Source: Azolla caroliniana (Eukaryota > Plantae > Polypodiophyta). From it: a stretch of DNA of 64,000 bases. Below are positions 13,301 to 25,700 of this stretch, piece after piece; position 1 is the first letter of the stretch, and every line of letters starts with the position of its first letter. A model generated the notes under the pieces. That model had not been told where the DNA came from. It saw only the letters and a list, made by a program, of their open reading frames with translations, and did not search any database. The stretch lies in NCBI GenBank assembly GCA_043228905.1, contig JBHGNT010000005.1, positions 13,268,001 through 13,332,000 on the forward strand, given 5' to 3'. The translations under genes were made by a program, and so were the position numbers.

Positions 13301-14610
13301 GCTTTTCATTTTTCTCTATGAAGCATCCACTTTGCTTAAACTTAACTTGCATTCCTTGCTCTACTATCTGTCCAACAGAAATCAGATTTTTTGCAAGGTT
13401 TGGAACATGCATCACATTTAGCATATAATTTGTTTTTCCTTTTTCTTCCCACAATGGGATATCTCCAACATGCTATATTTGGTGAGTAGTATTATCACCT
13501 GTCTGTACATAACCATGAATCTCTGGTTCTCTTAGACTTTCAAACCAGTTTTTATGTCCTGTCATATGATTAGATGCCCAAAATCTACATACCACATAAA
13601 CTCTTCATTGCATCTCTGTGAACATTCAGCTACTACTACTGTTTCTTGTTGCATCAGAAATGCACCATCTTTATCACAGTCTTCACTAGTTGAGGCATAA
13701 TTATTTTGCTGTCTCTTCATTGTTTTCTCATCATTTTGCTTTTAATAGCATGCAGCCTGTGTGTGGCCTAGTTTTCTAGAATACCAACAACCATCATCAT
13801 TCAAATAGGTTTGCTTACCTCTCCCTCGATTGCTCCCCCTGCCTTTGATGTTGTCTCTTCCACTAATGGGTTGTTGTCCTCTTCCTTGATAATTATTGTT
13901 GGTTCTAGCTAAACCAAATCTTCCATGGCCTCTTCCTCGGCCTCTTCCAGCACTATTGTGGAGGTCTTGCCCCTCATTCTTTGAGTTTCCTTCTTTCTTT
14001 CTTCTACATCATCCATTTGATTTCTTTCTTCTACTACAAGCATTGAAACCAGACCTAGAAAACTTGGGATATTATCCCTTGTGAGAATAGATGTTTTGAA
14101 ACTCTTGTATTGAGGTTCTAAGCCTATTAAGCATATTTCCACCTTATCATCATCTTCTATCTTCACATTAATAGAAGCAAGTGATTCACATACGCTCTTT
14201 ATTTTCAGAGCATACTCATTTACTGACATCTTACCTTTTTCCAAGGTATTTAGCTCAGTCTTCAACTGAAGCTTTCTTGCCTTTGTGTTCACTGCAAACA
14301 GTTTTAATAAACTGTCCCAAGCTTCTTTTGGAAGCATAACATCGTGTATGTGTCCAAGCATCGAATCTGAGATGCTAAATGACAACCAATGCAATACCTT
14401 TCTTGCCCCTTGGTTCCATTCCTTAAATGCTTTTATCTGTACAACAAATGCATTTTCTTTAGGGATCTCTGGAGCCTCTTCTAGGTCTCCTTCAATATAA
14501 TCACAATATCCTTTCCCCATAAGGATGTTTGTCATTTTGAATTTTCATGCCGGGAAATTGTTTTTGTCTAATTTTTCTGTGACTATTTGGCATGCATTCT
14601 CTGTAGCCAT
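10340..14610 (-). pseudogene. Copia C gag-pol remnant
   Basis: ORFs 13909-14535 (gag), 12522-13454 (integrase), 11342-12496 and 10549-11211 (RT), 10362-10613 (RNase [11 protein letters not shown]). Confidence 0.92.
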
Positions 14611-15073
14611 TTTCTCTTTCAATGTGGGTTAACATCCTAGAAAACTCTCTCTGATTCAGATCAGCAACCAAAAACTGACTTCTTAGATCCCTGTACTATT
14701 CTAATCTTCTTTATGAGCAACTCTACTTTGATACCATGTTACGAAGGCGCTACAGCTCTTCTATGTGCACAACAAATTGTGATGTGCTAGATCGTTCACT
14801 GCTCAAGACAGAAAGGGGAAGGGGAAGGAGGCTTACCTCTACACAGTCCAAAAAGCTTCTACTTCATTACACGCAGAGCTCAACTCAGTCTCGTCTGTTT
14901 TCTATTTTTCTGCTCTTACCCTCTGCACTACTCTAACTCTTCTTCTTACTACTTACTACAACTTACTTTTTACCTAAGTACATAAGTGACTTATATATGT
15001 AGTTAATTAGCTGCCAATAGCTAATTAGATGTTTGTAGCTAATTAGCTGTCCGTAGCTAAATAGTTGTGCATA

Positions 15074-17668
15074 GGTTGAGCGGCAAGCTCAACCGGATCC
15101 GGATTGGATGAATAAGCCTGAGCCGAATCGGTGAGCCGGTGAGCTGGGGACCCGATTAGCCGGATCAAACAGTAACCGGAAGCCTAGTAGCAGCCTAGAT
15201 TACTAGGTAGTTAATGTCTCGTAGTTAGTGTCAGACGCTCGTGTGAGCATTGAAGTACCTGCTAGTACTTTTGTTAGTCCTTTATGGACTTGTATAAATA
15301 GTGTTGTTGAGCACGTTTTATGTACAGAGAACTATTATTGTTTTGTAATAGAATTTTGAGTTGTTCTTCTCTCTCTCTATCTCTCCCGCGTACACTTTGT
15401 GTTTTAATCTCTCTCTCTATTGCTATCCGGCAAGGCCGGTTTATCTGACGCTTCCGCACATAATCTTTCACATGGTATTAGAGCGTGAGGGTTGAGAACC
15501 TCTGCAGCCGACATCCACATCTGAAGAATCCCATAAAGCGGTACGGGTACAATGAGTACATGGCGCATCACTATACGTACATGACGAAGGTGGCGGAAGT
15601 GCATGAGCCGGAGAGCTACGCAGAAGCGGCAAAGGAAGCAAATTGGTGTGCCGCTATGGAAGAAGAAATGTGGGCACTCGATGCTAACGACACATGGGAC
15701 CTAGTTGACCCTCCCCGACACTGTAAACCGATCGGATGTAAGTGGGTGTACAAGGTAAAGTACAATGCCGATGGTTTGGTTAACCGGTACAAGGCCCGGT
15801 TAGTGGCGAAGGGATACGCATAGACCCACGTAATCGACTACGACGAGACCTTCGCCCCACTAACGAAGATGACGATGGTTCGTGTGGTGTTGGTGGTTGC
15901 TGCGATAAGGGGGTGGCATCTTCACTAGATGGACGTGAAGAATGCATTTCTTCAAAGTGATCTTGAAGAAGAGGTCTTTATGACCCAACCCCCCGGCTGA
16001 GGAAGTCACTTTATGGCCTGAAGCAAGCCCCCCAAGCTTGGAATGCGAAGATCACGCACTGGTTGCGGCCTCCATGTCCGACTCTTCGTTGTTCATCTGG
16101 CAAGGTCCAGACGGTCCGGTTTGCATCTTGCTGTATGTTGATGATCTAGTAATCACCGGACCTAGACTCGATGAAATCGGCCGAGTCAAGTCCCAACTGT
16201 CGCCGATCCATCTCTGGCTATATGTTTTCCCTTGGTAGCGCGGTTGTTGCGTGGAGCAGCAAAAAGCAGCCAACGGTGGCCCTTTCGAGCACTGAGGCTG
16301 AATACCGTGGCACTACTGTTGCCACCTGTGAAGCCATTTGGATTCGGCGACTGCTGCAAGACCTACGGATCGGGGTGCCGACCCTGATCCTTATATACTT
16401 CGACAACATAAGCAGCATGCAGCTCGCCAAGAACCCCGTATTCCATGCTCGCACAAAGCATATAGAAGTGCACTACCACTTCGTGCGTGAGTGTGTCCTG
16501 AGCAGTGAAGTCGAACTTTGGTATGTTCATACGGATCGGCAAGTTGCCGACATCTTCACCAAACCACTCGGATCGGACAAGTTGTAGCACTTCACTGAAA
16601 TGCTTGGTGTTCAGCATCTCGACGTGCCACACTTGAGGGGAAGAACGGGCAGAGACACCGGAATGGGCAAAGGCAAAGAGACTGTTGATTGCGCTAGTGA
16701 GGGAAGAACCGACGAGGGGAGAGACAAGAAGAAGAAAAGACCGAGTTGACAAAGGAAGTTGACACATCTAAACAAGACAGAACAAGTGGCAGCGGCGGCA
16801 GAGTCAAGAAGGATAGAGCCGACCAGAAGAAGAAAGCCAAGACCCGGACATGGTCCGATGTGGTGAAGAGCCTGGAACTGGAAGACGAATTGGGACCGAC
16901 TGATTCAGACAAGAGCTTGAACGAGTCGGAGACAGCCGATTCAATTCAATAGACGGATTCGGAAGAACTAGATAAATTTAAGGCCAAGAGGACGAGAAGG
17001 CAGCGAAAGTCGATGCCAACATGAAGGAATCGGCGAATCGGCAAGCGCTGAAGTCACAACAGCAAGGGAGCTGAGTTGGGCCTGTTGAGCAGACAAGCCG
17101 ACCGAGGAGGTCAAGGTGTGCAAAATCAAAAGGGTCGCGGCAAACGGGACTAGACCGGACAAGGAGCGTGAGCGAGGTGGAGTGGAACCAAAAGGAGCTG
17201 GGTGGAAGGACCGACTGCCATGGAGACTTACACTATGATCCGACCTCAAGTTGAGCTTGAGGGGGAGTGTTGAGCAGCAAGCTCAACTGGATCCGGATCG
17301 GGTAAATAAGCCTGAGCCGGATCGGTGAGCCGGTGAGCTAGGGAGCCGGTTAGCCGGATCAAACAGTAACCGGAAGCCTAGTAGCAGCCTAGACTACTAG
17401 GTAGTTAATGTCTCGTAGTTACTGTCAGACGCTCGTGTGAGCATTGAAGTACCTGCCAGTACTTCTATCAGTCCTTTATGGACTTGTATAAATAGTGTTG
17501 TTGAGCACGTTTTATATACAGAGAACTATTATTGTTTTGTAATAAAATTTTGAGTTGTTCTTATCTCTCTCTGTCTCTCCCATGTACACTCTATGTTTTA
17601 ATCTCTCTCTCTTTGTTGCTATCCGGCAAGGCCAGTTTGTCGGACGCTTCCACACATAATCTTTCACA
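15074..17668 (+). mobile_element. Internally deleted copia D (two LTRs, no gag/PR/INT)
   Basis: LTRs at 15074-15472 and 17268-17668. PBS tggtattagagc at 15473-15484, PPT at ~17257-17267. The leader is fused directly to the RT region (15510-16640). No TSD found. Confidence 0.9.
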
Positions 17669-17764
17669 TCACCTTTGTGTCCACTAGTAGCTAATTAGCT
17701 AATAGCTACTCTAGCTTATTTCTCAATAAGCATCACATACCTTTATTGAGCTTGCTTCTCAACA

Positions 17765-19216
17765 AGAGTGAAGTCAAGTTCGCTAAACGAAGAAGCTTGT
17801 AGGAAGGACCGGGAGTCTGGAACCGATCCGATGGACTTGGTTACAGAAGACGACCATAACTAGGGAAAAGGCCGGAATCAGAGTCCTCAGAATAGGGACA
17901 AATCGGGGATAAGGTCGAAGTCAAGGGGGAGGCCCACTTTCTTTTATTGCAGAAAGCTGGGGCACTTCTAGAAGAATTGCAGACACTTCTAGAAAACCAA
18001 AAAGGGAGCCGGCGGTCTAGAACCGAAGAAGATTTCGGAGAGGAGAGGAACGTCGACAATTGAGACAAGTGAAGAAGAGGAGAGTGAGTTGCATCTTGTT
18101 AGCGATGAAAAGACATGGGTGCTCGACTCCGTTATGTTATTCCATCTGACCCCAACCAGAAGTGCTTCTCATCCTACAGAGCCGGAGATCAAGGTTCTGT
18201 CCCGATGGAGAATGAAGGTGCATGCCGAATTGTTGTTATAGGAAACGTGTTGCTGACAACATCAACCGGGTGCAAATTGTTGTTGAACCTGATATGAGCT
18301 GATCGGTTGGATGATGAAGGCTACACGAGTAGCATCCGGAATGGAGTCATGAAGTTCAGCAAAGGAAGCCTAATCGTGGCTCGAGCCCAAAAGATTAACA
18401 TGTTTTACCTTACGCATGCCCAAATATGCCGGGAAGAAGTGAACATGGTATCTGACCCTGCGGATGAGCTATGGCATAAGAAGTTGTGCCACATGAGCCA
18501 GAGGGAATGTGAAGACTTGCCGAAGATAACCTCATTCTGGAGGTGAAAGACGTGCACCTTGAGAAGTGTATCGGCTGTTTGGCGGGCAAGCAGAACCGAA
18601 CCTCTTTTTGAAACCCGACCACTGACAAGATGGAAAGAACTGTTGGAACTTGTGTATACCAATGTATGCCAGGTGGAAACAAAGTCACATGCTTGATCAA
18701 AGTACTTCATGACCACAGCCGAAAGCTGTGGGTCACACCGTTGAAGATGAAGGATCACATATTCACAATCTTCAAGGAATTCCACGCGAGAGTGGAAAGA
18801 GAAACCGGTTGGACGCTGAAGGCGGTTCGAGCGGACAACAGAGGTAAATACCGGGGGAAGTTCGAGGAGTATTGCTGGTAGAAGGAAATTCGGCTGGAAT
18901 TCACCATTCCGAAGACACCGTAGCTGAACAAATTGGCCAAAAGGATGAATCATACCATAATGGAGAGAGTCTGGAGTATGCTTGCACATGCCAAGCTGTC
19001 CAAGACGTTTTGGGCTGAGGTGTTGATGACAACGACATATGTAATAAATAGATCACCCTCAGCACCCTTGGATGGAGACACACCATAGAGAATATGGACC
19101 AGGAAAGACGTATCTTACTGGCATCTGAAGGTATTCGGTTGTCTCTACTACGTGCATGTAGCAAAGGAAAAGCGAGCAAAATTGGATCCGAAATCCCGGT
19201 CCTGCATATTCCTTGG
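17765..19216 (+). pseudogene. Copia E fragment (B-family gag C-terminus, protease, integrase)
   Basis: TWVLDS, DDEGYTSSIRNGVMKFSKGSLIVARA, LWHKKLCHMS and VRADN are colinear with the B polyprotein. Confidence 0.88.
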
Positions 19217-19253
19217 TGAGGGACAGATATGCGCGAAAACTTATGTGAGGACC

Positions 19254-19342
19254 TGTTGGTTATGCTCAACAAACAACAGAGAAGGAAGGCAAGAAGATAT
19301 AGACACAGAGATGAAGCTTTAATGGAAGCACTCTTTATTTAT

Positions 19343-19386
<44 letters not shown>

Positions 19387-20376
19387 AGACTTGATGTACA
19401 CGATATATCAAGCACTCTCACTTTACAATGTTAGGTTATCACCTATATACTAAGCCCTAACTCTTTAGACCAGTTCACACTAGGATACAAAGTGGAAGGA
19501 GTCGGCCTTTAATGCCAACAAACTCCCTCGTAAAAGGCCTACTCTTTCCTACATATACATGTGTTTAGGGTTATCTCCCCCGTAAACCTAGATTACAATA
19601 AATTTATGTTACAAGTAGGTCGGCATATAGCCGAGTAGGCAGAGGTGAGGTCTGTGTCGAGCCTTGCTTGGCTCATTATCATGATTGATTCGGTTGACTC
19701 TTACCTTCTATTCCTCGTTCTCCTTTCTTCTGCTTTCTTCTGCTCGATCGCTTATCGCAGTCCCATCTTTGTCCTTAGTGCTCAGAAGTGTTGATCTGGG
19801 AGTGGCTTCATCAGGCAATTGGCGATGTTCACCTTGGTGTCGATCTTCCGGACTTCATGCCTCTTCTCGGTTGTGAGCTCCCGGATGTGATGATACCCCA
19901 CCTCAATATGCTTGTCTTTTCGTAATAGACCAGATTGTTCATGAGGTCAACAGATAGTCAATGCAGCCAGATCGCTGCCTCTAATGTTGCTATGTACTCA
20001 GCCTCCGTGGTTGACAAAGTTGTACAGTCTTGATGTTTCGACCTCCATGATATAGCACCACCAACATAGGTGAAGATATAGCCATATGTTGACTTCCGAT
20101 TTTCCGTATTTCCGGCATAGTCGGAGTCAGTGTAGCCTTCGACTTCGGCTGAGGTTGTCAAACCGAAAGGGAGTTGTGTATCTTTGGTCCCTCTCAGGTA
20201 CCTGAAGATATGCTTGACAACCTACCAATGCATCCGTCTTGGGTTTGACATGTATCGGCTGACCACTCCTACCGCATAGGCTAGGTCGGGTCGGACGCCA
20301 CTATTGTGAACATGATACTTCCTACGGCCAATGCATAGGGCATCTTTCCATTCAGCTCTCTCTCCTTGTCTGATAG
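19254..20376 (-). mobile_element. Copia F 3' fragment: putative 3' LTR 19254-19520, PPT, RNase H/RT end
   Basis: tgttgg...gccaaca followed by aactccctc (PPT on the minus strand). DYAGNTENRKSTYGYIFTYVGGAISWRSK at 19958-20161 and RPDLAYAVGVVSRYMSNP. (TC)n at 19345-19384 lies inside the LTR. Confidence 0.75.
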
Positions 20377-21313
20377 TCGGATTGACGTTGGAAGCGATGT
20401 TGGTGCTACCTTCACATTCTCTAATAGCAGTTGATCTTGACGTTGGAAGCCAAGATGGAATAACAGTTGATCTTGACAAAGTGAAGGCAATATTACAAGC
20501 ACCAACACCAACCAATGCAAAAGCTCTTAGTCGGTTCTTGGGACAAATTAGGTGGCATAATCGGATGATTCGCTATCTTGCCGATGTGGCCATACCGCTA
20601 TACAAAGCGGTGCACAAAACACCTTTCCAATGGACAACAGTAGAGCCAAATGCTTATGATTGCCTGAAGAAAATGCTTACTAAAGTTCTTGTGGTACAAC
20701 CTCTCGATTGGGAGAAACCTTTTTGACATGTATTTGTAGATGCGTTAGATGTGGGTATTGGCAGTTCCCTAATGCAGCTGACGGAGTTGAACTGGTATAG
20801 GCCAGTATATTACGCGAGTCGGAAACTCTCCAGCGCGGAAAGAAACTACTCGACAACCGAGCGGGAGGATCTTGGCATGATTTACATCATCAATAAATTC
20901 CAGCACTACCTATTGGGTCAGAAATTTACATTTCACGTCGACCATTTAGCGTAGCTATATTTAGTCACAAAACAGGAACTCACAAGCAAATTGGCAAGTT
21001 GGACATTACTGCTTTAGGAATTTGAATTCGACATTCTTCATAGACCAAGAGTGCAGCATGCAATAGCCACTTACCGCAATCGACGGGAGTCTGGGGAGGA
21101 CGGAACTGGAGTTAAGGATGATTTTTATGATGCTCAACTTTTTCGGGTCGACACAGTAGCAACCACATAGATGGGTGAGGATATGGCGGATGCATGGATT
21201 ACAAAAATGAGATTTTTTCTTAGTACAGCGCTACCACCCGATAATATGTCACTTGATGAAGATTGATGAGAGAGCGAGGAGCGATGGCAGCGATGAACAA
21301 AGTGTGACGAGCG

Positions 21314-22761
21314 ATGACAGAACAACAATCAATACTTTATTCGACGCAAAGAGGTGGTTCCGGTGCACCTCCCCTCGATCAGCCTTCTACCTCTCCCCAT
21401 ATTTCAGGTAAGGTCGTCTCACTCTCCTTGTTAGATAATGTTAAGAATATCGTATTGGCAGAAGAACAACGACTACAAGAGGTTTCTCTGGTAGCTCATA
21501 TGGAAGGATCAAGGCCAAAAGGCCTGAGTTGCGTCGAATGTTGTACGCTTCCTTCCTAGAAGAAATCAACAATGTTATGGACATTCAATTCATGGGAAAA
21601 GGATGTTATTATTTGGAGTTTTCCGATTCTTCTTTAGTGGATCGTTTGTTGAAGATCAAACATACAACAATGCACGGCAATTGGATATCTTTCTACATGT
21701 GGACTCATAATGTGGTTGCAGATGAGATTTTGCAGCACAAAGAAGCCCAAATGATCTTTACAGCCATTTTTTTAGAATTGAAGAAAGAATAGCATCAAGT
21801 ATTAGCTCAAATAGGTTCTCTTTTAGGTACTATAATAGTGATTAAAGATGAGGCGTCACAGGAAGATGAGCGTATACGAGGAGCACCAACGGTGAGGATT
21901 TTGGCCCCCCGAAATAATGCTTTACCATCTTCAGTTTTGCTGCCAAATTTGCAAGAAAATAAAGAGCCATTGCTCCAAATGATTGTGTATTAGGGGCTTC
22001 CGGATCAATGTTTTATATGTAGGCATTTTGGGCATTTAGGGAAGGATTGTCCTCGGAAATGTTATCGATTAGAGGAGGCCCCTAAGTCGACTGCTAAGGT
22101 GGGGAGATCCGATTGGACTCCAGTAGTAGCTAAACATACTTTTAAACAATTTAACTCACCAGTCAATTCTATAGTTTTGTTCGATGGTAATCCGTACAAT
22201 ACTTTGAATAATGATGAAGATAGGAATATCTCCTCGCAAAATATTGTAAGGGAGAAGAATAAAGTTGGTGAAATACAGAATCCAACAACCTCGAAGCATG
22301 ATCATAAAGCCTTGACTATTAAAGAAAGTAAGGATAGACATCATAAGTTTTAGGGTTCGTCTATGGGGCAATTTAATGGTAATCATTTGGGGGATAAAGG
22401 GAAGCATATCATTCAATCCTTGCCTCATCCGGTGCCTCAGGACAAGGCATGACAAATTGACTGTTCGGGGATTGACATGGATTGTGAAAAGGAGTTATCT
22501 TTAGTAATCTATGAGGAGGATCCATCAAAACAAAATTCCCTCTCCGTAGTGGAAACGATGGTTTCTCAAGACACTAATGATTTTTCCTTTTCGGTAGTAA
22601 CTTTGGTTCTAGATGATGGTATTACATTGGAAAAAGCAATGCCAGTCCGTGCACATAAATACTCCGATAAAGATATGATGATAACTAGAAGACAATTACG
22701 TGTTGCTGAGGAAGGAAAACGCCGAGGAGAAGTTTTGGCCGAAAAAAGAATAGTTTCATAA
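21314..22761 (+). pseudogene. LINE ORF1 remnant (nucleic-acid-binding protein with CCHC zinc knuckle)
   Basis: CFICRHFGHLGKDC at ~22009-22050. Multiple stops and frameshifts. Confidence 0.85.
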
Positions 22762-22779
22762 TACTTAGTTTTTCTATTA

Positions 22780-25700
22780 ATGGATGTTCTAAATATAATC
22801 TCATGGAATGTGCAAGGATTAGGAGGTAGTAGGTTTCGAAGAATGAGAGGGGTTTTTAGATAGGAGTTAAAAAAGCCTTATGTAGGACCAATAGATGTGC
22901 TCATTATTCAGGAGCATCATTTAGGGGAACAACGCATCTTAAAATATGGGAATCTTCTCCTTGGGAGGTGGCAACAATTCTGGTTGGCGGCTTTTGGACC
23001 GAATGATACCCAGGGGGGTTTATGTATTGCGGTTTCAAATATTTGGGCTTCACATTTAAGTATGTATGGATCATTAGCAAATAAAAGAGCACAATATATT
23101 GTTTTTCAAATAGGAGCGATTAAGTGGGGTTTGCTTAACCTTTACGCACCGAATTCTGAATCAGCAAGGTCTCGTTTTTTGTTTGAAATTCTATTACAAA
23201 TACCTCAGATTGACCATTGGGCATTAGTTGGGGATTTTAATATGTTAAAGGATGTGCAAGATAGGCAAGGTGGTAGTTTACGCATTATCTTTGGGTCAAA
23301 ATTTAGGGAGTGGGAAAAACTATGTATGTCACTACAATTGGTTGATCTTTAGTCAGTGCAATCCTTTAATAGAATACCAGAATCTCTATCTTTTTCAAGA
23401 TCTGACAGGAGATTGGCAGGGGTCAACCTTTCTTGTTTGGATAGGTTTTATGGGGATGCTTTTATGTGGACTAGAGGTGGTCAATTAGGAATTTTACCTG
23501 GTTGTTCTTTTTCAGATCATTCACCTCTTAAGTTAAAATTCTTTTTATCATCGACAAGAAGGCCTAGTAGATTTAGAATCCCTAACTCAGTTTTTCTTAG
23601 AGACGATTGTAAACATTTTGAACGGGTCGAAGCATGCTACGTATTTGGTTTCAATATCATTATGATGTGGAATCCGATGCTATCTTGATTAATGTGGTGC
23701 ATGTGTTGAAAGAAATTCAAGAATTTTTTCAAAGTAAAGCGAAAGCTTTGTATCTTGATTATGATTCCAAGATTGAAAGACACAAATGAGCTTTGACAAC
23801 GTTACAACATTTGCAACAAAGGTGGCCTAGGTCTATAGATTTAGCCACGAGAATTATTGATGTTGGGAAAAAAATTACTGATATGTAATTGTAGAAGTCA
23901 GATTTTTGGTATCATAAATCCTTTGCAAGATGGACTAGATAGGCTGATACAGTTTGTAAAGGGTTTTTTGAACCTCATCGCATTAAATCACATAAGTCTC
24001 AACCGACGAATATGAGACGAGTTGATGGGTCTTTTACATCAAATGTGATAGAGATGAGGGACATAACATCCTCTTTTTATAGTCATTTGTTGACAGCATT
24101 TCCAATTTTGAGAAATAATGTGATTAAGAGGGATGTTGTTTGGGCTTTGGTCTCTAATCGAGTATCATTGGAAATGCAAATTTCTTTGCTTGCTCCGTTG
24201 CAACCTTCTGAAGTTTTGTTAGCAGCAAAGGCTTTAGGTAAGGATGTTTGTCCAGGTGTTGATGGGATGGGGGTTTCATGGTATATAGAGTATTGGGATA
24301 TGATTGGTAATGTTTTGATTTCTGCCTACCAACAAATTCTTGACCATGGTTATATGCCTCAGGAATGGACAGACGGCCTAATATATTTGATTCCAGAGGG
24401 GGACGTCCCTTTGGATGATATTCGAAAATGGAGGCCTATAACACTACTTAATGTTGTGTAAAAGATCTTAGCTAAAACAATAGCAAAGAGCGTGCAACCT
24501 TTTTTACCTCAACTAATTCATGATTCCCAAATGGGTTTTGTTCAAGAGAGAAGTATTTTTTATACCATTTTTTTGTTTTGGGAAATGGTGGCTATTGCAA
24601 AGCAACAACAACAAGATTTGGCTATTTTGTTTTTAGATTTCGAGAAGGCCTATGACAGAGTGGATTGGGATTTCATGGAAGGGACATTACAGCGAATGGG
24701 CTTTCCAATGCAATGGACTAAGGCTATCGCAGCTTTGTATAGGACCGCTCATAGTTCTCTTTTGTTTGCAGGTGATGTTGGCTATAGATTTTCAATTTCG
24801 AGATTAGTAAGACAAGGGTGTCCACTAGCTCCCTTTTTGTTTATTTTAGTCTCTAAAGCTTTTTCTAATTACCTTAGGAGTAGGAATGTACATAGTCATG
24901 GTATAGCCTTACCTATACAAGGATATGCAACCATGACTGTTGATTCAGAATTTGCTGATGACACCGCTTTATATGTTTCTGCAGGAAAGGCGAATATGTA
25001 CATAGTCATGGTATAGCCTTACCTATACAAGGATATGCAACCATGACTGTTGATTCAGAATTTGCTGATGACACCGCTTTATATGTTTCTGTAGAAAATG
25101 TACATAGTCATGGTATAGCCTTACCTATACAAGGATATGCAACCATGACTCTTGATTCAGAATTTGCTGATGACACCGCTTTATATGTTTCTGCAGAAAA
25201 GGCGAATTTGTTGAATCTTCAACAAGCAACAACATATTTTTGTGATGCTTCAGGAGCTTTGATTTATTGGGACAAGTCTATGGGATGTTGGGTCGTGTCT
25301 TCCTCTCCTCCACAAGATGTGCCAACTCCAAGTTTTATTTGGGTGCCTCGAGGTAGAGCAGTAAGGTATCTGGGTTGTCAAATAGGGCTAGAATTGTTAG
25401 CAGAAGATATGGTAACACCCCTTTTATTACGAGTTGGAAATAAATTGTTATATTGGGATACAACTAAGTTGTGGCAAACTCTGTTTTGCTTGCATCAATG
25501 TGGTATATTGTGTCAAAGTGGTTATTTTCACGTTCCGTTATATCGAAATTACAACGCTTAGTTCGTAATTTTATTTCGGGTGCTTCGTTGGGATCAAGGG
25601 CTGTTGCAAAAGTTGCTTGGTCGGTTTTAATCTGGCCAATAAGTGAAGGTGGACTAGGCTTAATAAATCCTATGCTCCAGAGTAAGGCTCTTCTTGCGAA

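Larger units (their letters stand above)
10340..17764 (-). mobile_element. Ty1/copia element C (AT-rich; 3' LTR/PPT deleted; 5' LTR 14737-17764 split by D)
   Basis: gag-pol remnants at 10340-14610. PBS ctttgatacca at 14726-14736. The LTR starts tgttacg at 14737 and ends gagcttgcttctcaaca at 17764, with tagctaatta repeats on both sides of D. Confidence 0.85.

Noticed and set aside
15069-17673. TSD for element D
   Set aside because: The flanks gcata and tcacc do not match.
19345-19384. (TC)n and other GA/TC microsatellites (1126-1150, 9387-9445)
   Set aside because: Ordinary LTR components.
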